Positions 51,303 through 64,000 of a DNA stretch of 64,000 nt are shown here, in pieces (positions within the stretch are counted from its first letter, which is position 1; the number at the start of each line of letters is the position of its first letter). Under the pieces are notes generated by a model, which was not told the DNA's origin, made no database searches, and saw only the letters and a program-made list of their open reading frames with translations. Source of the stretch: Octopus sinensis (taxonomy: Eukaryota); contig NC_043018.1 of the NCBI RefSeq assembly GCF_006345805.1, forward strand, positions 21,824,001 through 21,888,000, read 5' to 3'. The position numbers were made by a program, and so were the translations under genes.

Positions 51303-51548
51303 TGTAAAAAGCCCCATTCAAGTGTGGCTGATGCCAGTACTGACTGACTGGCCCTCGTGCTGGTGGCATGTAATAAGCATCCACAACACTCAGAGTGGTT
51401 GGTGTTAGGAAGAGCATCCAGCTGTAGAAACATTGCCAGATCGGATTGGAGCCTGGTGCAGCCTTCTGGTTTACCAGCCCTCAGTCAAACCGTCCAACCC
51501 ATGCCAGCATGGAAAGTGGACGTTAAACAACAATGATGAGGATGATGA
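51301..51548 (+). mobile_element. SINE family D
   Basis: Directly abuts the 25-bp minisatellite. Confidence 0.78.
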
Positions 51549-51596
51549 GAAAGGATGAAAGGCAACTCCAGGATTCAACTGGTTCCTATTTTATCA

Positions 51597-51922
51597 ACAT
51601 CATCATCATCATCATCATCATTTAGCGTCCGCTTTCCATGCTAGCATGGGTTGGACGGGTTAACTGGGGTCTGTGAAGCTGGAAGGCTTCGTCAGGCCCA
51701 GTCAGATCTGGCAGTGTTTCTGCGGCTGGATGCCCTTCCTAACGCCAACCACTCCGCGAGTGTAGTGGGTGTTTTTTACGTGCCACCTGCACAGGTGCCA
51801 GACAGATCTGGCGAACGGCCACGAACGGATGGTGCTTTTACGTGTCACCGGCACGGGGCCAGGCGATGCTGGCAACGGACACGAACGGATGGTGCTTTTA
51901 CGTGCCACCGACACGGGGCCAG
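51597..51922 (-). mobile_element. SINE family D with internal module repeats
   Basis: Reverse copy, tail-to-tail with 51301 copy. Confidence 0.82.
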
Positions 51923-52459
51923 ACAGATAAAAGGGATAAAAGACCTCGACAGAATTTGAACTCAGAACGTAACGATGACGATTATAGTAAAGACGATAAT
52001 ATTAATAGTAATACAATAAAATAAAATAGAATTATGTTAAATATAATTCACAGAAGAAAAAATACAATTTCCAAAAAAAAAAAAAAAGATAGAGAGAGAG
52101 AGAGAGAAAAAAAAACCCCAACAAACACTAAGCAGTTAATGACTCCATTGACTTCTTGCATTCCAAAAGCCACAGTACAACATTTGGTAATTTAAAATCG
52201 GGACATATGCTTTCTGTAAAACCCGGATCAAACTTAGCTGGTGCAGAATAAGTACAAAGTTAATGATATAGGAATGTTAGTTACATTGTCATGCTTGCTT
52301 ATTATAAAAAGAAAAAAAAAAAAAAAAACAGGAAAAGGTAAATCTTTTAAAAAAAATGCAAATTCTATTTCGATTTTGGGTTCTTATAACATAAACATAT
52401 TCATGTTTAGATGGTGCGTTTCTTTGTGCGTATATCATGAAATGCAGCTAAATAGCAGT

Positions 52460-52890
52460 ACGTTTATGCTATATATATATATATATATATCCATACATAC
52501 ACACACAAAGAATGAAATGCATCTACACAGGAATATGTATATGCAATATTATATATGTGTGTGTGTATGGATGTATTTGTGTAAATATATATAAATATAC
52601 ACACACATACACATGTATATATACATGTATATTTGTGTATATACGCATGTGTTTGTGTGTGTATATATAATATATATGTACGTTTATGCTATATACATAT
52701 ATAATATATATACATCCATACATACATACACAAAGGATGAAATGCATGTACACAGGAATATGTATATGCAATATTATATATATGTGTGTGTATGGATGTA
52801 TTTGTGTGTGTATATATATATATATAAATAAATATACACATACACATGTATATATACATGTATATTTGTGTATATACACGTGTTTGTGTG
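52460..52890. repeat. ~220-bp tandem duplication within microsatellite
   Basis: TACGTTTATGCTATATA...ATGAAATGCAT.TACACAGGAATATG occurs twice. Confidence 0.8.
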
Positions 52891-53189
52891 TATATATATA
52901 TATACATATATGTATATAACAGAGCCTAGCATAGCTGATTCAAGAGCCCCATACACACATACAAACGCACATACGTGCGCACGCACGCACACACACACAG
53001 AGCAATCTAATCTAGAAAATGCGTTCATGTCAACCTGCACTGCTGACAGGCATAAAGATATTAAACAGATCTAACTACAGAATCTAAAGTAGACAGTGTT
53101 GGGGGGAGGGGTGGGAGGAGGTCTTTCAGTCTGTCCCTACTTCCTATTATTATCTAACACACATACACACACTGCTCCTCTTCACACAA

Positions 53190-53246
53190 ATGTTTGCACG
53201 TTTGTGTGTATGCATGCATGTATATCTACATTTATTTGTATGTATA

Positions 53247-53279
<33 letters not shown>

Positions 53280-53362
53280 CATTTATTTGTGTGTGTGTGT
53301 ATATATATATTATATATATATATATACATATATATGTGTGTGTATGTATATCTACATTTATT

Positions 53363-53430
<68 letters not shown>

Positions 53431-53453
53431 ATGTATATCTACATTTATTTGTG

Positions 53454-53508
<55 letters not shown>

Positions 53509-53519
53509 CTACATTTATT

Positions 53520-53563
<44 letters not shown>

Positions 53564-53815
53564 CACACACACACTTATACAAACAGTTCTTGGTGTAATA
53601 TATATATATGTGTGTGTGTATGTGTGTATATATATATATGTATGTATGTATATATACTTACATACACAATTGTTTGTGCTATATGTGTGTGTATATATAT
53701 ATATACATATATATACACAAACACACACACATGTATACTCACAAATTACACAAACAAATGTATATGTAATATATATTACAATATTACACAAATATATATA
53801 TATATATATGTGTGT
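53190..53815. repeat. (TA/TG)n field with repeated GTATATCTACATTTATTTGT anchors
   Basis: Direct inspection. Confidence 0.92.
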
Positions 53816-55265
53816 GTAATGTTAACATTGTAAGAATTTATAAACTTTCAGCAGAACATGAAAAAAAATTCTCTTTTGGAATTGGCTCGGGAAGTATATA
53901 CAAAGTGATGAATAATAGCATGTAAATATTGGATTGAAAAAACCCTTTTGGGATAGGAAAAAAATTTTGGGCAGCCTTCGACCTTTTCTATGTTACATTC
54001 TACAAAGGAAACGTATAGGACAAGGACTACACATTCTCAGCTAAAACTACCAAATTGCAACAAATCTACCAAGCCTGTTTAATAACGACCCTCTTCCATG
54101 GCAACCACACACACACACACAATGATGTTGAAACTAACAACAAAAACACAAGGATTTCTCTTCTTATTAGGACCCAGAAAATATTTCAAACCTGATCCCT
54201 TCTCCTCCTCCCCTACATCTACAAGACTTGGAGAGTGTGACCTACATTACAGCAATGCTCACAAAGTAGTTTATGACTGGACACACACACACTCATTATG
54301 CCTGCTGGCTCAAGAACCAATGAATAAGCCTCCCTGCATGGTCTGGCTGACCTGCTAGAAATAGCAACAGATTACTCCCTCAAGTTTCATCCTTCTCCAC
54401 TGACCTCACTGGCTGCTACTGAAGCAGAATCAATCACAAACGATATAATTTCAATAAAATAAATATTGTTTTTTGTCTCACTACATTACATTAGCCCCCA
54501 ATTAATTGATTCCTTTTCATATAAAAGGTGTCTCTCAATAATCCCACCACATCTCCATCATGTTTTTAAACCTGCCAGAGTTTATTAAGCCAAAAAATCT
54601 ACACCTCCCAGTCACCTAGGACCTGCAAAAATACAGGTACAATGATATTTAGCTGAAGAGCTTTAATAAGACTGAAAGATGTCAGTTCATTAACCAAAGA
54701 TCAATCTAGTTCTCCACTGTAAGACTCCTGTTTAGTGTTTAAGGTAAATTTTCAGAGTTATTTCCCTTGCTTCTATTGACCAGAATTATTCATTTGTTAA
54801 GTTAATTGTTTAACTTCTCACTTCAAATGTAATTGAAATTAAAATTATTTTCACTACATGTTCACACACACATGAGATAAATTGTAAAAATGCATTCATA
54901 CATGGGCATAGGCTTGCCTCTTCAGTAAAGAAGTTCACTTTACAGCCATGTGGCTTTAGGATCCTTTTACAAATAAAATTGTCGAAACAACTGTTGTAAA
55001 GTTTAAATACCTTTCATATTCACTGCATATATATATTGATTTTAAAACATAATTGTAATTTCATACAAGTGGTTATTGAAAAAGACCATTAGTTGGAAGG
55101 ACCAATGAAACAAAACCATTTTCAAATGCGTAGCTATCTAAGTAATTGTGTATTTATGCATATAACCATATTTTGTTCCATTCTAAACAAAACTGTCTGA
55201 CAAACAGGAATGTGAAACTCTGAGTAACAGTTTTTGTGATATTTTTGCTACTTTTTTAATAAAGT

Positions 55266-55510
55266 AAGGAGTGGCTGTGTGGTAAGTAGCTTGTTTACCA
55301 ACCACATGGTTCCGGGTTCAGTCCCACTGCGTGGCACCTTAGTCAAGTGTCTTCTACTATAGCCTCGGGCCAACCAAAGCCTTGAGTGGGTTTGGTAGAT
55401 GGAAACTGAAAGAAGCCTGTCGTATATATGTATATATATATATATGTATGTATGTGTGTATATGTTTGTCCCCCCCCAACATCGCTTGACAACCGATGCT
55501 GGTGTGTTTT
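55266..55510 (+). mobile_element. SINE family B, 3'-truncated
   Basis: Head and core intact. Confidence 0.82.
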
Positions 55511-56338
55511 TCTAACAAAGCTTTATATGCAAATGTCCCTTATTGTATTCAAACAATTTCTTTAAAAAAAATTATATATAATCATCATGATTATTAATTT
55601 GATTAATTCAGGTCATGAGAGGGTAATGAAAGCAAAACTGGCATTTAAATAAATTAAAAAATAATTTATAGACCTTCAAATGAATTTAAATCAATTTAAA
55701 TAACAGAGTTGTCTCCCTTGCCTTTTTTGGCCAGAATTATTAAAGATGTTGGATTATTTTATTTCCTCACAACAAATGCAATTTTAAGTAATCAAAAATG
55801 TTTTAATTAAAATGTCATTACATATATCATGTTAGTACCTCCATTTTTTACTATTTATTTTTCTTACAGCAGGCGCCCTGGGTATATTATACCCATCCTT
55901 CTGATAGTTTAAATAGTGAACACCAGGATGAAGAATAATAATTCAACCAGGTGGATAGGAGGAGGAAGACTATTTTACTATTCTGGCTTGTTGCTTGAGA
56001 AAAATCACATCCACCAACCAGTCAGACATAGGTCTAAAGTAAGAATGTGATAACAAGCATATCTCAACTTATGCTGTTTTGAGAAATGTCTTTTATGACA
56101 CTTTGTCGGTCTCAGCAGACATTTAAAAGCATAATCTTAAAGAAACTAATTCTGAGATGGTAAAAATCAAATAAAATATGTGAAAATATGCGCAGCCCAT
56201 TTATTAAAACAGATATAAGCTAATAAATTTTTTAAAATGGATTTTTCATGTTATATCGTTTAACAAGTTGAGTCGTATGTCTTGGAACTGACCTAAATTG
56301 AGGTATGACTAGATGTGTGTGTATTTATGTGCATGTAC

Positions 56339-56373
<35 letters not shown>

Positions 56374-56602
56374 TAGTAAAAACGGGATTACCCCAAAAAC
56401 GATTACCAGTTTGCTCTCATGAGAGAGAGAGAGGGGGAGATAGAGGTTCTCCGTGATATCTTTCTTGTAAAAGAGCTGAGGTTTCCATATAGTAACTTAG
56501 TGTAGTGTGGTTGGTTAGTTATTGTCTAAATAGTGTGTGTGGTATTATCATACCTAAAGATATCGCGACCTAGTTAAAACAGCATGTACTAATTAAGGAG
56601 AG

Positions 56603-56639
<37 letters not shown>

Positions 56640-56865
56640 CAGAGATAGGGAAATATATATGGTGTGTGTGTAATGTAATGCTCTGTCGATGTGGAGTAGG
56701 TAGGTCATGAAGAATGGCGAAAAAAACATGGAGAAAACATAAAATAGACGAATATACAACAATAAATAAATAAATTCATCTATTAGCAGAGACTACCATA
56801 TTTGGTCATTGTAAATTGAATGTGAGAAAATAAGAGAAAAAGAGAGGGGGAAAAAAACAAACGCT

Positions 56866-57262
56866 GGTGCAAGTGTGGCTGCATGGTTAAGAAGCATGCT
56901 TCTCAATCACATAGTCTTGGGTTCAGTCCCACTGCGCAGCATCTTGGGTAAGTGTCTTCTGCTGTAGCCTCAGGCCAAACACAGCCAGGGGAGTGGATTT
57001 GGTAGATGTAAACTGAAAGATGTTCGCTGTATGTATATATATATATATATATGTATGTGAGTATGTGTGTTATTGTCTCCCTACAACTGCTTAACTGGTG
57101 TTGCTTTATTTACGTCCCCCGTGACCTTGCAGTTCAGCAAAAGAGACCGACAGAATAGGTAGCAGGCTTTAAAAATAAGTATAGGGGGAAAATTTGCTTG
57201 GCTAAACTTTTAAAGGCAGTGCTCCAGCATGACTGCATCCTTATGACTGAAACAAATAGGGA
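56866..57262 (+). mobile_element. SINE family B, older copy
   Basis: Full-length, diverged. Confidence 0.78.
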
Positions 57263-57297
57263 AAAGTCTGTTAAAAAAAATGGGGGGGGGGATACAA

Positions 57298-57652
57298 AAA
57301 CTGGAGCACTGCCTTTAACTCGACCCCGGGACTTATTCTTTTGTAAGCCCAGTACTTATTCTATCGGTCTCTTTTGCCAAACCCCTAAGTAACGGGGACA
57401 TAAACACACCAGCATCGGTTGTCAAGCAATGCTAGGGGGACAAATACAGACACACAAACACACACACGCATATATATATACATATATACGACAGGCTTCT
57501 TTTCAGTTTCCATCTACCAAATCCACTCACAAGGCTTTGGTCGGCCCGAGGCTATAGTAGAAGACACTTGCCCAAGGTGCCACGCAGTGGGACTGAACCT
57601 GGAACCATGTGGTTGGTAAACAAGCTACTTACCACACAGCCACTCCTGCACC
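57298..57652 (-). mobile_element. SINE family B, young copy
   Basis: Full-length, reversed. Confidence 0.88.
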
Positions 57653-58069
57653 TATAACAAAACTATGACATTTTAACATTAGGCTCTATAAAATATCCAT
57701 TTTTCAGGAAGTTATGAGGAAGCAAACTCAGGGTGGGGGGGGGCACGCTTGTGTAGGTATGCCCATACTTCTCTCTGAATAGGATAGGGCTGTCACGGCT
57801 GGAACGCCTTTGACGATAAATCCACTTGTTCAACGAGGGCTCACGGACTACATTAATACGTTGACACACAATCAACATTGTGTAGCCATTATAATAAATA
57901 GAATGGGGTTCAGTGTGTAAAAAGGGATTAAATATGGACGGTAAAAAAAAAAAAAGAAAGAAAGAAAGAAAGAAAAGAAAGAGGTAATTACAATTAAAAC
58001 TGTTAATTGATGATGAAGTTTAAATCCGAGATAATTGGAAGAATAAAGAGATATAGAGAATATTCTCAC

Positions 58070-58317
58070 CCTGGACATGGATGACGCACAAAGTTTTGGC
58101 AAAAACATTGATAGACATAGCCATTTATTATTACACATCCACTTTAACAACTTTACACACACACACACGCATACATACAAACATGCACACACGCATACAT
58201 ACACACACACACCATACATACATACACACACACACGTACGTACACACACCACATACATACATGCACACATACAAACATGCACGCACACATATATACATAC
58301 ACACCACATACATACAT

Positions 58318-58356
<39 letters not shown>

Positions 58357-58445
58357 CATACATACATACGTACGTACACACACCACATACATACATACAC
58401 ACATACAAACATGCACGCACACATATATACACACACACACACACC

Positions 58446-58476
<31 letters not shown>

Positions 58477-58700
58477 TACATACATACAAACACACACACA
58501 CATACATACATACACACATACATACGTACGTACGTACGTACACATACACATCGGTGACGACAACTACGTCTGGTCTCCTACGCGTTAGTCACGTGATTGA
58601 TGTGTCGTCTGCTCAAACTAATTCGACTCCCTCTCTTTACGTACAAGTATATTCCGCTTTCTCTTTCTCCCTCTCCCCCCGCCATCCCTATCTGGCTACG
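58070..58700 (-). promoter_or_regulatory. CpG-rich candidate promoter and microsatellite-containing first exon
   Basis: About 12 CpG in 58551-58700, GTCACGTGAT E-box at 58588, ACGCGT at 58580; donor CAGG|GTGAGA at 58070/58069. Confidence 0.45.
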
Positions 58701-58809
58701 TTTCTCCCCCACCTCTCTCTCTACTCCTCATCATCTACTCTACTTGCCTTCTTGTTCTTGTTCTACACACACACACACCACACACACGTACACACACACA
58801 CACACACAC

Positions 58810-59004
58810 GATGGATTTCTTTCAGTTTCACTCTTCCAAATTCACTCATGAGGCTTTGGTCAGTCCAGAGTTATAACAGGGGTAGAAAACACTTATTTGA
58901 AGGTGCTATGCACTAGGACTGAACACATAAACACATAGTAAGGAAGTAAGCATCTTAACCATACAGCCATGTCTGCGCCTTCTCACAAAATGTACCTTCA
59001 TCCT

Positions 59005-59040
<36 letters not shown>

Positions 59041-59945
59041 GTGATTATGGATGTTCTAGAGTTTAGAGACAAGAGGCTAAATTGTTACAGGCTTGATGGA
59101 AGTAATATAGACAAAGAAATAATATGAAAAAGAAAATAAATTTATAAACTGAAAGAAGCCCGTCGTGTGTGTGTGTGTGTGTGTTAGTGTGTCTGTGTTT
59201 GTTCTCCCTCCATTGCTTGACAACCGATGTAGGTATATTTACATCCCTGTAACTTAGCAGTTCAGCAAAAAAGGCCAATAGAATAAGTACTAGGCTTACA
59301 AAGAATAAGTCCTGGGAGTTGATTTGTTCAACTAAAGGCGGTGCTCCAGCATCGCTGCAGTCAAATGATTGAAACAATAAAATATATATATGAATATATA
59401 TATATATGCACACACACATATATATGTAGGCGCAGGCGTGGCTGTATATTAAAGAAGCTTGCTTTCAAACCACATGGTTCTGTCTTCCACTACAGCCGAG
59501 GGCCTACCAAAGCCTTGTGAATGAGGCTAGTGCCACGAAGAAAGCATTTGTGTCAGAATCATGTAAATAGCACCGAGTCACAGAAACCAAGCCAAATCAG
59601 ACTGGAACCTGGTTCAGCTCTCCTGCTTGCTAGCTCTGATCAAACCAGGCCAGCATGGAAAATGGACATTAAAGGATGATGATGATGATGATGATGATAC
59701 GTATCTTTACGTCTCTTTGTCGCCCTGCAACTGCTTGACAACTGGTTATGGTGTTTATATATCCCCATAACTTAGCAATTTGGCAAAGGAGAACAATAAA
59801 ATAAATACCAGGCTTTAAAACAAAAAAACAAAATAATTACTGGGGAAGGGGCGGGGGTCGAATCATTCGACTACACATTCCTTCAAAGAGATGCCCCAGC
59901 ATGGCCACAGTCTTAATGACAGAAACGAGTAAAAGGACGAAACGA
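58810..59945. mobile_element. Cluster of partial family B and D SINEs
   Basis: Several fragments matching families B and D. Confidence 0.65.
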
Positions 59946-60308
59946 TAAAGATAACAAATGACTTTAGTTGACAGGAAGAATAAATGGTTGAAATAATAAA
60001 AGTACATTGAAAAGTAGGAAAATGGGAGGGAAAAAAAATGTCTTCTAGGCCATGACAATTTCTGAGACATGAAATGTAAAAAAATTAGGTTTTAAATAAT
60101 AAAATACTTTAAAAACCAAAATCAATAAAAGAGGTAAATATATATACAAATAACAGCAATCATACATTATATACATAAAGAAATGCTTTCAAATCTTACA
60201 GTTTGTAAAAAAGAAATTGGAAAAAAAGAAAGATAATTTTCAATATATGAACGGAGTACATTCTTCATTTAAACAGTGCATATGTGTATGTGGATAGATG
60301 AATGGATG

Positions 60309-60342
<34 letters not shown>

Positions 60343-60490
60343 CAGATAGTGAGAGCATGTATGAATGTATGTAATGCAATGTAGGAGAGATACATAAACA
60401 TTTGCATGCGTGTTTTATTTCAATTTTTGTTTTGCTCATCGGATTGTGGACATGCTGTGGTACCACCATATTTGTACATATAGATACACA

Positions 60491-60538
<48 letters not shown>

Positions 60539-60570
60539 TGTTTGAAGTGGTGTACATATATTGTATATTG

Positions 60571-60754
60571 AGAAAAAGGAAGCATTTAGAATCTTGGATA
60601 TTCTTTATTAAAGCTTTCATTTGTTAAGCAAACTCTGCAAGACAAAAATTAAAACCTAAACCATTTTGGTTTTAATTCTTGTGTTGGAGAGTTTGGTTAA
60701 CGAATGAAAGCACTAATAAGGAAGTATCCAAAATTCTATTTGCCTGCTTTTTCT
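60571..60754. mobile_element. Degenerate fold-back MITE
   Basis: Arms pair imperfectly around centre AATTAAAACC...GGTTTTAATT. Confidence 0.65.
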
Positions 60755-60931
60755 AAAAAAACAAAAATAACAATAATAATATATATATTTGTGTGTATAT
60801 ATGTATGTATGACTCATAAAGGCATAGAAAAGTGGATCTTAAAATGATTTATGGACATCTAGTTATATATATACTAGTTGGGCAAGCCTAGAAGCAAAAG
60901 TTATATTTATATATATATATATATATATATA

Positions 60932-61309
60932 TCTTTATATATAAAAGAGAAGTTGTGTGTCTGTCTCCTACGATTTAGATTCCTAACTACTCCCACATTT
61001 TGCGGTGCAGTTTAACCAAATCTTATAGTCGTGATTCATATCGAGCCCTTCTGGATACTAGCGCGCGTCTACGATGAGTCTACGATTTTAAAAAAAATTT
61101 ACCATAATTTTTTTCCATTTTAATGCATTTTTTCGCTATTATATAAGGGAAGTAACTCTCTAAAAATGTCTACGATGAGTCAATGATTTAAAAAAGAATT
61201 TACCATCATTTTTTCCCATTTTTTTGCTATTTTTTGGCTAGAACTCTCTAAAAATGCTTATATAGTTATTTCCTTTACAAACCCGAGCAACGCCGGGCGA
61301 TACTGCTAG
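60932..61309 (+). mobile_element. Non-autonomous Helitron (same family as 4897)
   Basis: A|TCTTTATATATAAAAG...CCCGAGCAACGCCGGGCGATACTGCTAG|T. Confidence 0.88.
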
Positions 61310-61471
61310 TATATATATATATATAAATACATATATACATTGATAGATATAGGTCGATATAGATGATATATAGATAGATATGCATACAAGAAGTAGAGAG
61401 ATACTGATAGTATCTTACATGTATATAGAGTGTATGTATATGTATAAACACATACACATATGTGTATATTT

Positions 61472-61505
<34 letters not shown>

Positions 61506-61983
61506 GCTTAATTTTGCTCTAGTTGTTTAAAGCTGGCACAAAGAACATTTAAATGAGGGAGTGCTGACATATGACAGCCTCCCTAGTGAGTAGACCACTA
61601 CTTAGGTATCATGACATGTGACAACTCCATTAACCTCCATCACTAATGGTTAGTTGGCTCTTGGTATCTCAAGAGTTTTTGGACAGTCAGCACTGTTGGA
61701 TGTCCATCCTTTTACCAAACTCAGCAATGCAATGAATCTATCGTTGTAGAAATTGGTAGTTTGTTAAGTTGGAACTAGGTAAAAACATAAGAACAGAATA
61801 AAAAGAAAAACGTCTATGTGGCCATGGTTGGTAATGTATATTGTTGTTGTCAATCTGTGTCATGTCAGCAGCTAAAATGGTCAAGATTCTTCATTCTCAA
61901 TGTCCACCCAACTGTTTAGTAGCTACCACAAGAGGGTACGTATATGTATATTTGAGGTTTCTTTTAGCCATAGGGATACTAGT

Positions 61984-62380
61984 GGATGGGGATGGAAGCA
62001 CTCCGTCGGTTACGACGATGAGGGTTCCGGTTGATCCGAATCAACGGAACAGCCTGCTCGTGAAATTAACGTGTAAGTGGCTGAGCACTCCACAGATACG
62101 TGTACCCTTAACGTAGTTCTCGGGGATATTCAGCGTGACACAGAGGGTGACAAGGCCGGCCCTTTGAAATACAGGTACAACAGAAACAGGAAGTAAGAGT
62201 AAGAGAAAGTTGTGGTGAAAGAGTACAGCAGAGATCACTACCATCCCCTGTCGGACCCTCGTGGAGCTTTAGGTGTTTTCGCTCAATAAACACTCACAAC
62301 GCCCGGTCTGGGAATCGAAACTGCGATCTTATGACCGCGAGTCCGCTGCCCTAACCACTGGGCCATTGCGCCTCCACAGT
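61984..62380 (-). mobile_element. SINE with family C head and a different tail
   Basis: Same head/core, alternative 3' half; 9-bp TSD GATACTAGT. Confidence 0.85.
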
Positions 62381-63649
62381 GATACTAGTAACCTGGTGTT
62401 AAAACATATTCTTCAGAATAAAGCGCTAGTGACTAGAGCATAGTATAGAATAAATGACAAGTGAACAAAAATTAAGTAATCAACTTCATCGGCTCGCCAC
62501 TGTTTCTGCTGCTAGATGAAGTGCACCGCATCTTAGAGCAGAAACATTCAATAATTTATATATGTAGTGTACTGTTCCGTTATTGGTGGGAGTAACAATA
62601 AAGCAAAAAAGAATAAACAGTATTCCAACCAGTGAAAAATAAACATTTAAAATGCAGAGAATTTGAACATGAGCTACTCTAAGTTTCATGTTCTGGTAGT
62701 ATAGTAGTTAGATGAGCAAATATAATGTGTTTGTGTGTGCATGTATTTATATTAAGTGGTGGGTAATAAGATGTATAACATGTGTATGTGTGTCTGCCTT
62801 TGTCCCCCACTACTGCTTTGACAACTGGGGTTGGTTTGTTTACATCCCTGTAACTTAGTGGTTCGGCAAAAAAGACTAATAAAATAGTACCAGGCTTGCA
62901 AAAAATGTACTGAGGTTGATTCATTCAACTAAAATATGAAGCGTTCATATTTAGATGATAAATGGTGTGTGTATAAATATACACACACACACACACACAC
63001 AGAACTGCAGAAGAAACTTGATGGCCACCACTGAGACATTATGAAATTTTATTTATACAAAAAAAAAAAAAAACTTTTAGTAGAAAATCTCGAAGAATCT
63101 CTTCATGCAAACCTAAAATTCACAAAACTTTCAGACACTTTAAACCAATATATCTTCCGCCACCACTACCAATTACCCACCCAGCCAATATGTAGGTGAA
63201 CTCTTTTTTTTAAAAACCATATCTTCCAATCTCCTGCACACTTCAATCTATTCCTAGGCCTCATGTGAAAAACTTCCCCTGTCTAGAATAAAGCAATATT
63301 TCAGCCACCTTCACGAAATTCATATACATGAAGTACATGTTCCACATAGATTTTCATATACACATACATATATATATATATATATATATCCTATTAGACT
63401 CATTCATGCATGAAACAGTGTTTGTGTTATCGAGACTTGCACATAAGGGAACATGAGGATATGTTTGAGTACGAGAGTGAAAGGACAAGAGCAGGAGTGT
63501 ATTCGTAAAACTGAAATGGATAGACACACACTAACCATCTCTCATAAAACTAGCCTTCCATCCCGCTGTGTCTTTGTCTAAATACAACCATCTATGCCTA
63601 AATTAGTTGCTTTTAAATTCATTTTAAATAATGTATTTTTAATATCAAT

Positions 63650-63815
63650 ACATATATTATATATATATATAGTGTATATATTATATGTATATATTAAATA
63701 TATATAATGTATGTAATACATATAATGTATAATTATATATACATATAATGTATAATTATATATATATATATAGTGTATATATTAAATATATATAATGTAT
63801 GTAATACATATAATG

Positions 63816-63867
<52 letters not shown>

Positions 63868-64000
63868 AATATATTATATGTATATATTAAATATATATAA
63901 TGTATGTAATACATATAATGTATAATATATATATATATAGTGTATATATTATATGTATATATTAAATATATATAATGTATGTAATACATATAATGTATAA
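63650..64000. repeat. AT-rich compound tandem repeat (~60-70 bp unit)
   Basis: TATATTAAATATATATAATGTATGTAATACATATAATG recurs. Confidence 0.88.

Noticed and set aside
62480-62550. GATGAAG...GAAAC with small inverted repeats as another hammerhead
   Set aside because: Core and stem II too degenerate to support.

Overview
AT-rich animal genomic DNA, dense in (TA)n/(CA)n microsatellites and short retroposons. The SINE repertoire resembles octopus/coleoid cephalopod DNA (inference). Only one protein-coding exon is supportable: a 1-kb minus-strand exon (18333-17334) carrying the start of an inhibitor-of-apoptosis (IAP/BIRC) protein, with one complete BIR domain, a long S/T/P linker and the first half of a second BIR cut by a phase-1 intron. 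I found no downstream BIR or RING exon in 1-17333. Three CpG-retaining, promoter/first-exon-like regions with minus-strand donor sites (about 21.4, 34.5-35.0 and 58.1-58.7 kb) may be alternative upstream exons of this gene. The rest is transposon-derived: at least four SINE families, RTE-LINE 3' fragments, TTAA piggyBac-type MITEs, Buster-like hAT MITEs plus a possible transposase fossil, non-autonomous Helitrons and fold-back elements. A set of short Penelope-like elements carries minimal hammerhead-ribozyme motifs with covarying stems. Two unusual minisatellites (25-bp dyad unit; ~42-bp CCAAT/E-box unit with one inverted copy) are present. Nearly all other ORFs in the supplied track are microsatellite or SINE artefacts. 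SINE family letters A-D are my own labels, and repeat boundaries are approximate.
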